In this document: piece by piece, positions 1 to 8,964 of the stretch | How positions within the stretch are numbered: the first letter of the stretch is position 1 | Layout: every line of letters starts with the position of its first letter | Translations under genes and position numbers: made by a program | Assembly: GCA_041548245.1 (NCBI GenBank) | Contig: JBFESZ010000011.1 | Span: 1 to 38,494 of the forward strand | Direction: 5' to 3' | Length of the DNA: 38,494 bases | From: Sulfurimonadaceae bacterium | GTDB taxonomy: Bacteria > Campylobacterota > Campylobacteria > Campylobacterales > Sulfurimonadaceae | The notes under the pieces: generated by a model | Seen by the model: the letters and a program-made list of their open reading frames with translations, nothing else | Databases searched by the model: none | What the model was told of the DNA's origin: nothing

Positions 1-1
1 T

Positions 2-310
2 ACCTATTTCCTTGGTTTTATGGGCATCGTGATTATGGCTTATGAAGCCTATTCCTACAAGATATTACAGCGGGATATGACAGTTATGCTCTCTACGATG
101 GTCGCTCTTTCGACGATTGTTCTGTTCATAGGCGTATATACGCCTAAAATCCTTCAGATGCAAGCTCTGGGAGAGGAAGCGACCCAGAGTCAGGAGTTTC
201 ACAACCTACATCTGGGTTCAGAACTGGATTTCAAGATATTGGTACTCTCTTTGATAGTGATCATGGGACGACGTCTTTATGTGCTGCTAGGGAAGAAGAG
301 CAGAGCATGA
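2..310 (+). CDS. Membrane protein, DUF4149/TMEM205-like; 5' partial
   Basis: Frame is open from base 2 (TYFLGFMGIV...), so it begins before the window. Hydrophobic helices and a 'YTPKILQMQ...F.NLH..SE' segment recalled from Campylobacterota DUF4149 proteins. Stop overlaps the next ATG (ATGA). Confidence 0.6.
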   Translation, partial: TYFLGFMGIVIMAYEAYSYKILQRDMTVMLSTMVALSTIVLFIGVYTPKILQMQALGEEATQSQEFHNLHLGSELDFKILVLSLIVIMGRRLYVLLGKKSRA

Positions 311-1059
311 TACAGTTTAACAACCTGCATAAGCGTTTTGGTCAGAGAGAGATATTAAAAGGAATTGATCTTCATATCGTCAAGGGTAAGACAACGGTCA
401 TTCTCGGTGTCTCAGGTGGAGGAAAATCAACGATCATCAAGCATATCGTAGGATTGTTAAAACCTGAAGAGGGAGGTATCATCGTTGATGGCAAGCAGAT
501 TGTCGGTTGCAGTGAAAAAGAGATGCGTGCTATTCGTAAAGAGGTAGGATTTCTTTTTCAAAGCGGGGCCCTTTTTGACAGTATGAATGTCTTTGAGAAC
601 GTCGCTTTTCCGTTGCGTGAGCACACAAAGATGAGCGAGGAAGAGATACATGAGAATGTCTTTTCAAAACTTTCCATGGTGGGACTTAAACCGGATGTCA
701 TCGCTTCACTTTACCCGGATGAACTTTCAGGAGGAATGCGCAAACGTGTGGGTCTGGCACGTACAATTGTACTGGAGCCGAAGATCATTCTCTATGATGA
801 GCCGACATCAGGACTTGATCCGGTCACCAGTGATCATATTACGCAGATGATCATCAAGCTTCAAGATAAACTTGGTGTGACATCCGTACTGATCTCGCAT
901 GATATCAATGAGAGTTTCAAAGCCGGAGACTATTTCGCTATGCTGTTTGATGGAAAGATCGTAGCCTATGGCAATGAGGAAGAGATAAAAAACTCAGAAC
1001 ATCCAGCGGTACAGCAGTTCTTACATGGACGTAGCGAAGGTCCTATACAGTTCGTATAA
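307..1059 (+). CDS. ABC transporter ATP-binding protein, MlaF/Ttg2A-like
   Basis: Walker A GVSGGGKS, Q-loop FQSGALFDSM, signature LSGGMRKR, Walker B ILYDEPTSGLDP, C-terminal 'HPAVQQFL.G...GPI' typical of MlaF. Confidence 0.9.
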   Translation: MIQFNNLHKRFGQREILKGIDLHIVKGKTTVILGVSGGGKSTIIKHIVGLLKPEEGGIIVDGKQIVGCSEKEMRAIRKEVGFLFQSGALFDSMNVFENVAFPLREHTKMSEEEIHENVFSKLSMVGLKPDVIASLYPDELSGGMRKRVGLARTIVLEPKIILYDEPTSGLDPVTSDHITQMIIKLQDKLGVTSVLISHDINESFKAGDYFAMLFDGKIVAYGNEEEIKNSEHPAVQQFLHGRSEGPIQFV

Positions 1060-1112
1060 AACAGTGTTACTAGATAAGATATAGCCTGTGTATGTCAAGG
1101 TGGATTTTTGTA

Positions 1113-1418
1113 TTATTTTTTAGGACGGTTAACATCGCCGAAACGTGATTCCCACCATTCGTGCGGATTGGCTGCTTTTTTTCGTATCTCTTCTTCTGAA
1201 AAACTGTACTCATAGTTGTTACAGTATTCTAAGACAACTTGATAGGCTTCATTGATCTTTGCACTCATTTCTTGTGCAGTTTTTATATCATCGGGGTTTT
1301 TATCTGGGTGCCATTTCTGCATAAGGTTACGATAGCGCTGTTTTATCTCAAAGAGTGTTGCTTTATTGGATAAGCCAAGAAGTGTCTTGGCTTTAAGGAG
1401 TGAATCGCTGGAGCGCAT
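1113..1418 (-). CDS. Small DnaJ (J-domain) protein
   Basis: 'LLGL...IKQRYRNLMQKWHPDKN...INEAYQVV' J-domain with HPD motif; 101 aa. Confidence 0.88.
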   Translation of the reverse strand: MRSSDSLLKAKTLLGLSNKATLFEIKQRYRNLMQKWHPDKNPDDIKTAQEMSAKINEAYQVVLEYCNNYEYSFSEEEIRKKAANPHEWWESRFGDVNRPKK

Positions 1419-1443
1419 CAGAGGTCTCTTTCAGTGGATAAGA

Positions 1444-1469
1444 ACTAAAAAGGGATTAGCCTTTTTAGT
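1444..1469 (-). terminator. Hairpin overlapping the ftsZ stop, probable terminator or mRNA 3' stem
   Basis: Perfect 10-bp inverted repeat ACTAAAAAGG (1444-1453) / CCTTTTTAGT (1460-1469) with a 6-nt loop. The stem is AT-rich and the U-tail weak. Confidence 0.5.
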
Positions 1470-2607
1470 CTTTTTGTTGGCGCATATAGGTCGGAACGTC
1501 AAGGAACTCATCGCGACCTTCAAAGTCTTCTCCACCGACTACTTTAAGAAGTGGGCGTTGAATATGGATTTGCTTCTGTTCAGTCGGAACGTCAAACTCT
1601 GGATTGTTTGTTGAGTTTCCACCTTTGTTCAACTCTTTTTCAAAGCCGGTTGCAACAAGGGTAATGCGGACATAGTCTTCTGCAAGGCTATCGTCTGTTG
1701 TTGTTCCAAAGATGATATCTGCATCTTCATCTGCAGACTCTTCAATGACCTGCATCGCATCGTTCATTTCAATAAGAGGAAAATTCGGGTGCATGTGGAA
1801 GTGAACCAGAACACCCATAGCGCCATTGATTGACATGTTGTCTAGAAGAGGTGACTCGATGGCAGACTTGATCGCTTCATAAGCAGCATTCTCCCCTTGG
1901 TGAACACCAACCCCCATCAATGCCATACCACGGTGTGACATAACCGTTTGAAGGTCAGCAAAGTCAAGGTTGATATCGTTAGCACCTGATGAAAGGATAA
2001 CCCCTGAAGTACCGCTTACTGCTTGAGCAAGCACAGAGTCAACGAGTCTGAAACTCTCTTTGATACCCATGTTTCTATCCACGATCGAAAGAAGCTTGTC
2101 ATTTGGAATAACAACGATAGAATCAGACTCTTTTTTAAGTTCTTCAAGACCTGCCATTGCAACTTTCATACGTTTACGTTGCTCAAACATAAATGGCTTG
2201 GTTACTACAGAGATAGTCAGGGCACCGACCTCTTTGGCAATCTTTGCAATAACAGGTGCAGCACCTGTTCCTGTTCCACCACCAAGACCAGCTGCAACAA
2301 ATACGATATCAGCACCTTCAAGTGCATTTCGGATATCGTCATAAGACTCGAGAGCAGACTCTTTACCGACCTCGGGTTTCATATCGGCACCAAGGCCTTT
2401 TGTCAGCTTTGCCCCAAGTTGTATTTTTGTACATGTTTTGGAATGATCCAACATCTGTGCATCAGTATTTGCAACGATCATCTCAATACCTTCGATGCCT
2501 TCGCTGATCATGTGACCGATCATGTTTCCACCACCGCCGCCGACACCGACAACGATGATCTTCGCGCCTGATACAGTTGTTGTCTCTTCTACGCTAAATG
2601 CTTCCAT
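1465..2607 (-). CDS. ftsZ: Cell division GTPase FtsZ (380 aa)
   Basis: GGGGGN, NTDAQ, GGGTGTG tubulin signature, NLDFAD T7 loop, C-terminal LDVPTYMRQQ. Start moved to ATG 2607 (MEAFSVEE), which has an AAGGAG SD; the ORF-track start at 2646 lies inside ftsA. Confidence 0.98.
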   Translation of the reverse strand: MEAFSVEETTTVSGAKIIVVGVGGGGGNMIGHMISEGIEGIEMIVANTDAQMLDHSKTCTKIQLGAKLTKGLGADMKPEVGKESALESYDDIRNALEGADIVFVAAGLGGGTGTGAAPVIAKIAKEVGALTISVVTKPFMFEQRKRMKVAMAGLEELKKESDSIVVIPNDKLLSIVDRNMGIKESFRLVDSVLAQAVSGTSGVILSSGANDINLDFADLQTVMSHRGMALMGVGVHQGENAAYEAIKSAIESPLLDNMSINGAMGVLVHFHMHPNFPLIEMNDAMQVIEESADEDADIIFGTTTDDSLAEDYVRITLVATGFEKELNKGGNSTNNPEFDVPTEQKQIHIQRPLLKVVGGEDFEGRDEFLDVPTYMRQQKD

Positions 2608-2618
2608 TTCCACTCTCC

Positions 2619-3992
2619 TTAAAATAGTTGTGTTGCCCATTGCCAAATTTTACTGAAGAAGCTTGGCTCGTCTTTGTTGACTTGACCTGGTGTAAATGAG
2701 GCCAATTCATTTTTGATATCATTGTTCTTAGTATCCATCGGTATCATATCATCTTCACCAAGATGTGTTGAGATATCTGACATATTAGGCGTTATTCTGT
2801 CTTCTAGATTCTCATTACGGTGACGCATGTGTTTGTTCACATCGATCTCATATTGGGAAAAACCACCAGCTGAATATTTCAAAAGACCAATTGCACTTGA
2901 ATAGGCAGGGTCTCTCAAGGTGTCAAAAAGACCTTCCATCTCATTCGGCTTGGCCAAACGAACCGGCATATTATCAAAGATAGCTACCGCCAATTCACGG
3001 ATGCCTTCCATCCTCGTGAACCCGCCTGTCAGGACGATCCCTGCACCAAGTTGGTCTTTAAGACCACTCTTTTCAATCGATTGTGCAATGATCATTAATG
3101 TCTCTTCAACGCGTGCATAGATGACATTGTAAACAACTTCCAAAGAGACCTCATGAGTTGTCTCCTCGTCTCCAATCACAGGAAGTTCGATCAAATCGTT
3201 TGAAGGTGTATGAAGACTTCCGTAGGTCATCTTGACATTGTCTGCTGTATTCAGCGGTGTATGCAGAGCCATAGAGAGGTCATTGGTGATGTGGTTGGAG
3301 CCTACACCCAGGAAGTCATTGTATCGGATAGAATTCCCAGAATGGATGACAAGATTACATGTTGATCCACCCATATCTATAACGGCTGCGCCAAGTTCCT
3401 TCTCATCAGAGTTCAATGTAGCAATGGCAGAAGAGTAGCCGCTTAAGACGATGTTTTCAACTTCTACACCGGCAGCTTTTACAGCTTTTCTGAGGTTGTT
3501 TAGATTTGATTTCTGTGTTGTGATGATATGCGTCTCGACTTCCAGACGGGCGGCATTCATTCCTAACGGGTCTTCAATAAAGTCCTGATCATCAACTTTA
3601 AAGTTATAAGGAAGAGTGTGCAGTACTTCATATTCGTTAGGAATATTTGCATTGTATAAAGAGGTGTGCATGACACGGTTGATCTCTTTTAAGCCTACTT
3701 CTTTATTAGGGATATTGACAATACCGCTTGAGTTTAGACTCTTTGTATAAGCACCTGATATCGAGACGATTGCTTTTGTAAACTCTGTGCCTGCAACTCG
3801 TTTGGCATCGTTAAGCGCATTTTTAATGGATTTGGAAGCAAGTTCTATATTGGTAATACTGCCTTTTTTCAACCCCTGCGCCTTGCTTATTCCGGCTCCA
3901 AGGATCTGTATCTTGTTCTCTTCGTTGATATCAGCGATGATAGCACAGATCTTAGTTGAACCAATGTCAATGGCAAGTACTGTTCTATTCAA
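2619..3992 (-). CDS. ftsA: Cell division protein FtsA
   Basis: LAIDIGSTKI, IDMGGSTC and VLTGG actin-fold motifs; C-terminal amphipathic helix FFSKIWQWATQLF; TTG start with AAGGA SD; directly upstream of ftsZ. Confidence 0.97.
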   Translation of the reverse strand: MNRTVLAIDIGSTKICAIIADINEENKIQILGAGISKAQGLKKGSITNIELASKSIKNALNDAKRVAGTEFTKAIVSISGAYTKSLNSSGIVNIPNKEVGLKEINRVMHTSLYNANIPNEYEVLHTLPYNFKVDDQDFIEDPLGMNAARLEVETHIITTQKSNLNNLRKAVKAAGVEVENIVLSGYSSAIATLNSDEKELGAAVIDMGGSTCNLVIHSGNSIRYNDFLGVGSNHITNDLSMALHTPLNTADNVKMTYGSLHTPSNDLIELPVIGDEETTHEVSLEVVYNVIYARVEETLMIIAQSIEKSGLKDQLGAGIVLTGGFTRMEGIRELAVAIFDNMPVRLAKPNEMEGLFDTLRDPAYSSAIGLLKYSAGGFSQYEIDVNKHMRHRNENLEDRITPNMSDISTHLGEDDMIPMDTKNNDIKNELASFTPGQVNKDEPSFFSKIWQWATQLF

Positions 3993-3994
3993 GA

Positions 3995-5467
3995 TTAGTT
4001 TCCTTTTAGATATGAAGTTACAGTGTGCTGTGCTTCAAGTTTTTTCAGTAGTCCGTCATTAAGAAGAGAAGTTTTAAGTCGTAACACATTTCTCTCCTGT
4101 GTGTTATTCTCTTTCTTAAGCAGTTTCTGTTCCAAAATATTAAAAAGGACTATTTTTTCATCTTTTAGTTTAATAAACCCACGTTTTTTTTGCTGAGAGA
4201 AAAGAGCTTCTAAAAACTCGGCAGCTTCGTGTTCTGAAAGAGGTGTCAGCTGATCAGTGCTTTCACGCGTTAAAAATGGGGAGATATTCCCGCTGAAAGT
4301 TGCGACAGAGTTTTGAGCTAAAGCTTCAAGCTGAATATTGGTTTGCTCTGTTATATAGGCTGTTTTAACCTTATCTGATGCTTCTTCAAAGCTTTGAGGC
4401 TCACTTCCTTTGCTTGCAATCAGTTTGAAAATAAGAAATTTTCCCTCAACCTCTTGAGGCTTGAGGTAAGGCTTTGTAAGTGATAATTTTGAAATCTTTT
4501 CAAAGACATCTGTTCCAAAAGGATTGCTGCTTTGCGTGATCGTAATGGTCTGTTTGGGAGTAGCCGGGTCAAGCTTCTCTTTTTTATAGTCGATATAGGT
4601 GCGAAGGGCTTCTTTGTTCGTTGCTTCTTTATTTAACAGCGTGACAAGATCTGCTTTTGCATTATCAAAAGTTTTGATCTCTCCATTTTCAGTGGTAAGG
4701 CTGTGCTTGTTCTTTTCATAAGCGCTTTTTAGTTCTTCATCACCATATGAATTGGACACAAGGGTTTGCTCAATAGTCTCTAGTGTATAGCTTGGCTCAC
4801 GCATGTAGTCTAATTTGTGTGATTCCCAATATTTTTTAAGCTCATCTTCTTTGGGCTCAACAGAGATCATGGAACGGTCTAGTACTTTATAAGAGATTTT
4901 GTCATTAATAAAAAGGGCCGTAGCAACAGCTTCCTCTTCTATCGCCTGTGCTTTTGGAGAGATGATGGCCATGAGTTTGTTCAAAAGCAATGAACGCCTT
5001 ACATCTTGCTCGTACTGTAACATGGTGAGTTGAGCCTGTTTTAGGACTTTTTGATAGGTCTCTTTGTCAAATTTTCCATCTTGAAAAAAAGCTTCAGTCT
5101 TAGAAATATTGTCACTAAGCTCTTTATCGGAAACGGTAAGCTTTAAATCCTGAGCCAAATTGAGTAGTAAAGATTCGTTCACCAACTGTCTAAGTGCTTG
5201 TTGCTGAAGTCCAAAAGCCTTGGCCTGAGCCTCATCAAACTTGCCCTGAAACATCTGGTTGTATTGAGCGAAAAGTTGGCGATAGGTTGAGTTCATCTGA
5301 CGAAGACTGATCTGTACATCCCCGACCTGAGCAACCGTGTCAGCACCGCGACCTGAAAAACTTCCACTGCCGATAGCAAACATTGGCCCTGCTGCAATAA
5401 ATGCGCCGACACTTATCCATAGTGTGATATTTAAGTATTTTCGATGTCTTTGCATCCATGTGATCAT
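3995..5467 (-). CDS. PpiD-like membrane-anchored periplasmic chaperone (SurA N-terminal domain)
   Basis: Starts MITWMQRHRKY plus a TM helix; SurA-N-like 'LLLNLAQDLKLTVSDKEL...FFQDGKFDKETY'; position upstream of ftsA as known in Campylobacterota. Confidence 0.85.
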   Translation of the reverse strand: MITWMQRHRKYLNITLWISVGAFIAAGPMFAIGSGSFSGRGADTVAQVGDVQISLRQMNSTYRQLFAQYNQMFQGKFDEAQAKAFGLQQQALRQLVNESLLLNLAQDLKLTVSDKELSDNISKTEAFFQDGKFDKETYQKVLKQAQLTMLQYEQDVRRSLLLNKLMAIISPKAQAIEEEAVATALFINDKISYKVLDRSMISVEPKEDELKKYWESHKLDYMREPSYTLETIEQTLVSNSYGDEELKSAYEKNKHSLTTENGEIKTFDNAKADLVTLLNKEATNKEALRTYIDYKKEKLDPATPKQTITITQSSNPFGTDVFEKISKLSLTKPYLKPQEVEGKFLIFKLIASKGSEPQSFEEASDKVKTAYITEQTNIQLEALAQNSVATFSGNISPFLTRESTDQLTPLSEHEAAEFLEALFSQQKKRGFIKLKDEKIVLFNILEQKLLKKENNTQERNVLRLKTSLLNDGLLKKLEAQHTVTSYLKGN

Positions 5468-5497
5468 GTAAATTTTCCTTAGAATAATAATGTAGTT

Positions 5498-5591
5498 ATT
5501 TTAGTGAGTTGAGGATTAAAATTCTCTAAATATGGGAGTGTCGGGTAATTATTGCTGTATATGTAACATTAAAGGGCACTTCTATTATAAT
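5498..5591. promoter_or_regulatory. Divergent sigma70 -10 elements for the ppiD-like/ftsAZ unit and bioA
   Basis: TAAAAT on the minus strand at 5503-5498 and TATAAT on the plus strand at 5586-5591, in an AT-rich intergenic region. Confidence 0.55.
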
Positions 5592-5624
5592 TTTTAACTT
5601 GAATCCCCAAGAAAAAGGCATAAT

Positions 5625-6920
5625 ATGACAAACAAGAGCGTATCGGAACGTGATTTGAATGTACTGTGGCATCCATGTACACAGATGAAGGATCATGAGT
5701 TTTTACCTATGATACCGATCAAGTCTGCTGAAGGTGTTTGGCTTGAAGATTTTGACGGGAAGAGATACATAGATGCTATCAGTTCATGGTGGGTCAATCT
5801 TTTTGGACATGTTAATCCATACATCAGCTCAAAGATCAAAGAACAGCTCGATACTTTAGAGCATGTTATTCTCGCAGGGTTTACACATGAGCCTGTTGTC
5901 AAGCTCTCGGAGCGTCTTATTCAGTTGACTCCAAAAGGACTTGACAGGTGTTTTTATGCTGACAACGGTTCATCTGCGGTAGAGGTGGCTTTGAAGATGA
6001 GTTATCATACCCATAAGAACAGAGGTTTAAACAAGCCGCTGTTTGTATCGCTAACCAACAGTTATCATGGTGAGACTCTGGGCGCGCTTTCTGTAGGTGA
6101 TGTGGAACTTTATAAAGAGACCTATGAACCTCTATTGATTGAATGTATTCAGACGACAGTACCAAAAGATATGAGTGAAAAAGCGGCCAAAGAGGCAGCG
6201 GATGATCTTGAAAGGCTTTTTCAAGAGCGTGCTCATGAGATATCGGCTCTGATCGTTGAGCCTTTGGTACAGGGAGCAGGGTATATGCATATGTATCATC
6301 CTCTGTACCTTACTCTGGCCAAAGCACTATGTAAACAGTACAATGTTCATCTTATCGCTGATGAAGTGATGGTGGGATTTGGACGTACAGGTACGCTTTT
6401 CGCATGTGAGCAAGCTGAAATTACACCTGATTTTATTGTCCTGTCTAAGGGACTTACCGGTGGATACCTTCCACTCTCAGTTGTCTTGACAAGCGAAGAT
6501 GTTTATCAGGCTTTCTACTGTGACTATAGGCTCTATAAGGCATTTTTACATTCGCATTCTTACACGGGTAATGCCTTGGCATGCGCGGCAGCCAATGCGA
6601 CATTAGACATTTTTGAGAATGAAAATGTCATCGAGCAGAATAGAAGGACATCTGAACGAATGCGAAATCTGCTTACAAAGTTTAAAGCACTTGAAAATGT
6701 ACATGAAGTACGTCAAACAGGGATGATTGCTGCAATCGAGTTAAAGGGGTATACTCCGGATGAACGGATCGGGTTGAAAGTATATGAATATGGGCTTAGC
6801 AAAGGGGTCTTATTGCGACCACTAGGACATATTGTCTATTTCATGCCACCATATATCATCTCGGACGAAGAGATGGATATCATGTTTGATACGGCTTATG
6901 AAGCTATTAAAGCCCTTTAG
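5625..6920 (+). CDS. bioA: Adenosylmethionine-8-amino-7-oxononanoate aminotransferase
   Basis: LWHPCTQM, DAISSWWVNLFGH, YHGET, LIADEVMVGFGRTG, PLP lysine in LSKGLTGGYLPLS, HSHSYTGN, LLRPLG. Confidence 0.96.
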   Translation: MTNKSVSERDLNVLWHPCTQMKDHEFLPMIPIKSAEGVWLEDFDGKRYIDAISSWWVNLFGHVNPYISSKIKEQLDTLEHVILAGFTHEPVVKLSERLIQLTPKGLDRCFYADNGSSAVEVALKMSYHTHKNRGLNKPLFVSLTNSYHGETLGALSVGDVELYKETYEPLLIECIQTTVPKDMSEKAAKEAADDLERLFQERAHEISALIVEPLVQGAGYMHMYHPLYLTLAKALCKQYNVHLIADEVMVGFGRTGTLFACEQAEITPDFIVLSKGLTGGYLPLSVVLTSEDVYQAFYCDYRLYKAFLHSHSYTGNALACAAANATLDIFENENVIEQNRRTSERMRNLLTKFKALENVHEVRQTGMIAAIELKGYTPDERIGLKVYEYGLSKGVLLRPLGHIVYFMPPYIISDEEMDIMFDTAYEAIKAL

Positions 6921-7016
6921 ATGGATGCTCTACAAGATACTCAACAACTGGGTTCAGCGGTAGGGTTGATGATTATGCTGGCCTATTTGGGCTGGCACCT
7001 GTTTATAAAGAAGTAG
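6921..7016 (+). CDS. Putative 31-aa single-pass membrane peptide (not in ORF track)
   Basis: ATG immediately follows the bioA TAG. Translates to MDALQDTQQLGSAVGLMIMLAYLGWHLFIKK*, with a hydrophobic helix and C-terminal KK. It fills almost the whole gap between convergent genes. Confidence 0.55.
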   Translation: MDALQDTQQLGSAVGLMIMLAYLGWHLFIKK

Positions 7017-7022
7017 AACTCT

Positions 7023-7613
7023 TCAAAGTTCCATATCATGGCTCTTGGTGACCTCTCCAAGCATCAAAAGACGACAGCTTTTCTCCAAGATAGAGAGTTT
7101 GCGTGTCATCGTATGAAGGTCCCTTGAATAGGCGTAGACACCATATCCCTTGATAATCATGATATTAGTCTCGTTTTTAATAAAATACTGCGGTATCTCA
7201 GTACTGGCCCTATCATACCAGTCATCAAAAGATTTAGGGTTGTAGATCTTTATCCCCTTGAACTCTCTATTCCCGAAATAGTCTTGGGGGAGGATGACAC
7301 TATGGTTGAAACTGTAAGCTGTCGTATAGGGAGGAATGGAATAACTGATAAATTTAGCATCAGAGATTTGAGCGTAAACCTGTGCGTGAATAGGAGTGTC
7401 CATACTCGCTTCTTTCCATCTATAGTCTTTATTGTGTCCTAGTTCTAGCAGGTCTTTTTCATTCATCTTATGGAAGATAGTCTCTTTTTTATTGATGATG
7501 AAACGATTATTGTCGGTTTTGGCCGAGATTGAACCATGATAAAGTCCGAAAAAATCGTTTTGAAACATAGATTGAGAAAGACTGGATAGTGAAGTTTTAA
7601 GATGTTCAACCAT
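7023..7613 (-). CDS. Class II aldolase/adducin N-terminal domain protein (divergent)
   Basis: 'HGSISAK...FIINK', 'ASMDTPIHAQVY', 'MIIKGYGVYAY' pattern of the aldolase II fold; the metal-ligand histidines are degenerate. Confidence 0.75.
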   Translation of the reverse strand: MVEHLKTSLSSLSQSMFQNDFFGLYHGSISAKTDNNRFIINKKETIFHKMNEKDLLELGHNKDYRWKEASMDTPIHAQVYAQISDAKFISYSIPPYTTAYSFNHSVILPQDYFGNREFKGIKIYNPKSFDDWYDRASTEIPQYFIKNETNIMIIKGYGVYAYSRDLHTMTRKLSILEKSCRLLMLGEVTKSHDMEL

Positions 7614-7754
7614 AAAGAACCTTGAAAAAAAGTGTATGTCAGTATAACGTATTGGAAATAAAAACGGTGGGATTTTTATGATATTTTATGGATTATTCGT
7701 AGTATAAGAGCGATTTCGCTATTATTAGAGAAAATTCCGTACAAGGTCTCGTAT

Positions 7755-8678
7755 TTGCAAAATATACCTCATGTCCCTGTTCTGTACAGAGAAGTCGAAA
7801 AGACATTTAAAGACCTACCGGAAGGAATTGTGATTGACTGTACAATGGGGTATGCGGGTCATAGTTCATTGATATTGCAGGCGAACAAGCATATCAGGCT
7901 TATAGGGATTGATCAAGACCAGACAGCAATCGCATTTTCTACCAAAAGACTAGAGCCATTCAAAGACCGCATAGAGATAAAAAAAGGACGTTTTTCTGAA
8001 ATGGCCGAAGAGATATTCCGTGAGAACCCTGCGGACAGTATTAGCGGACTTCTTGCTGATATTGGTGTGTCTTCTTTACAACTCGATGAGAAAGAGCGCG
8101 GATTTGGTTTTGAGAGCGATAGTCTGGATATGCGAATGGACCCCGGTCGTGATTTCAGTGCGGCAGATGTCGTCAATACCTACTCCCAAAGCGAATTGGA
8201 ACGTATTTTCTTTGAGTACGGTGAGATAAGAAATGCCAAACGAATAGCAGCAGAGATCATTAAGGCTAGGCCTTTGCATTCGGCAAGAGAGCTCTCAGAC
8301 GTGGTGCGGCCTTTCGCTCCACGGGGAAAGAAGATCCACCCTGCGACCTTGGTCTTTCAAGCGATACGGATTGAGGTCAATAATGAGTTAGGGGAGTTGG
8401 AAGGGCTTTTAGATAGTATTGAAAAGGCAGGTCTGACAAGAGCACGCGTGGCTATCATCTCTTTCCATTCCCTTGAGGACCGTATTGTCAAGCAGCGTTT
8501 TAAAAAATGGACACGCTCATGTATCTGTCCGAGTGAGGCTATGCGATGCACTTGTGGAAACAATCATGCTCTGGGTAGACTTCTGACGCGCAAACCTTAT
8601 GAAGCGGCAGCAGACGAGGTGAAAGAGAATGCAAGGAGCAGATCAGCAAAGATGAGGGTATTTGAGTTTGGAATATGA
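7755..8678 (+). CDS. rsmH: 16S rRNA m4C1402 methyltransferase RsmH (MraW)
   Basis: HVPVL, DCTMGYAGHS, DIGVSSLQLD..RGF, LDMRMD, HPATLVFQAIRIEVN, ISFHSLEDRIVK, NARSRSAKMR; TTG start. Confidence 0.97.
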   Translation: MQNIPHVPVLYREVEKTFKDLPEGIVIDCTMGYAGHSSLILQANKHIRLIGIDQDQTAIAFSTKRLEPFKDRIEIKKGRFSEMAEEIFRENPADSISGLLADIGVSSLQLDEKERGFGFESDSLDMRMDPGRDFSAADVVNTYSQSELERIFFEYGEIRNAKRIAAEIIKARPLHSARELSDVVRPFAPRGKKIHPATLVFQAIRIEVNNELGELEGLLDSIEKAGLTRARVAIISFHSLEDRIVKQRFKKWTRSCICPSEAMRCTCGNNHALGRLLTRKPYEAAADEVKENARSRSAKMRVFEFGI

Positions 8679-8952
8679 CGATAAGCATGATATCTTAAGT
8701 GAGATTGATACCGTTATCGGTGAACAAAAAGAGCTAAGTTTCAACTATCTTTTTACGGTCTTGCTGATGGCATCTCTGATTTTACTGCTTGCTTTTCCAA
8801 AGATATTCCTAAAAAGTAGCATTTATTATAAAAGTCGCGATATCTCTTCTTTGGAGCGTGAGTATAAGAGTCTGAAAGAAGAGAACAAAATCATTACACA
8901 TGAGGTCGAGCAGAAAAAGTTTAAAAACCAGATTCTCGATACCATGTTTTAA
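8662..8952 (+). CDS. Small bitopic coiled-coil protein, FtsL-like
   Basis: Short N-terminus, one TM helix and a coiled coil (EREYKSLKEENKII); immediately downstream of rsmH, the usual ftsL position. Start uncertain (TTG 8662 or 8668). Confidence 0.6.
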   Translation: MSLEYDDKHDILSEIDTVIGEQKELSFNYLFTVLLMASLILLLAFPKIFLKSSIYYKSRDISSLEREYKSLKEENKIITHEVEQKKFKNQILDTMF

Positions 8953-8964
8953 AAAGAAGCCTCT

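Noticed and set aside
2023..2571. 182-aa ORF antisense to ftsZ, and similar shadow ORFs over the RND, ygiQ, hemA and porin genes
   Set aside because: Fully nested in well-supported genes, with atypical composition and no recognisable domains.
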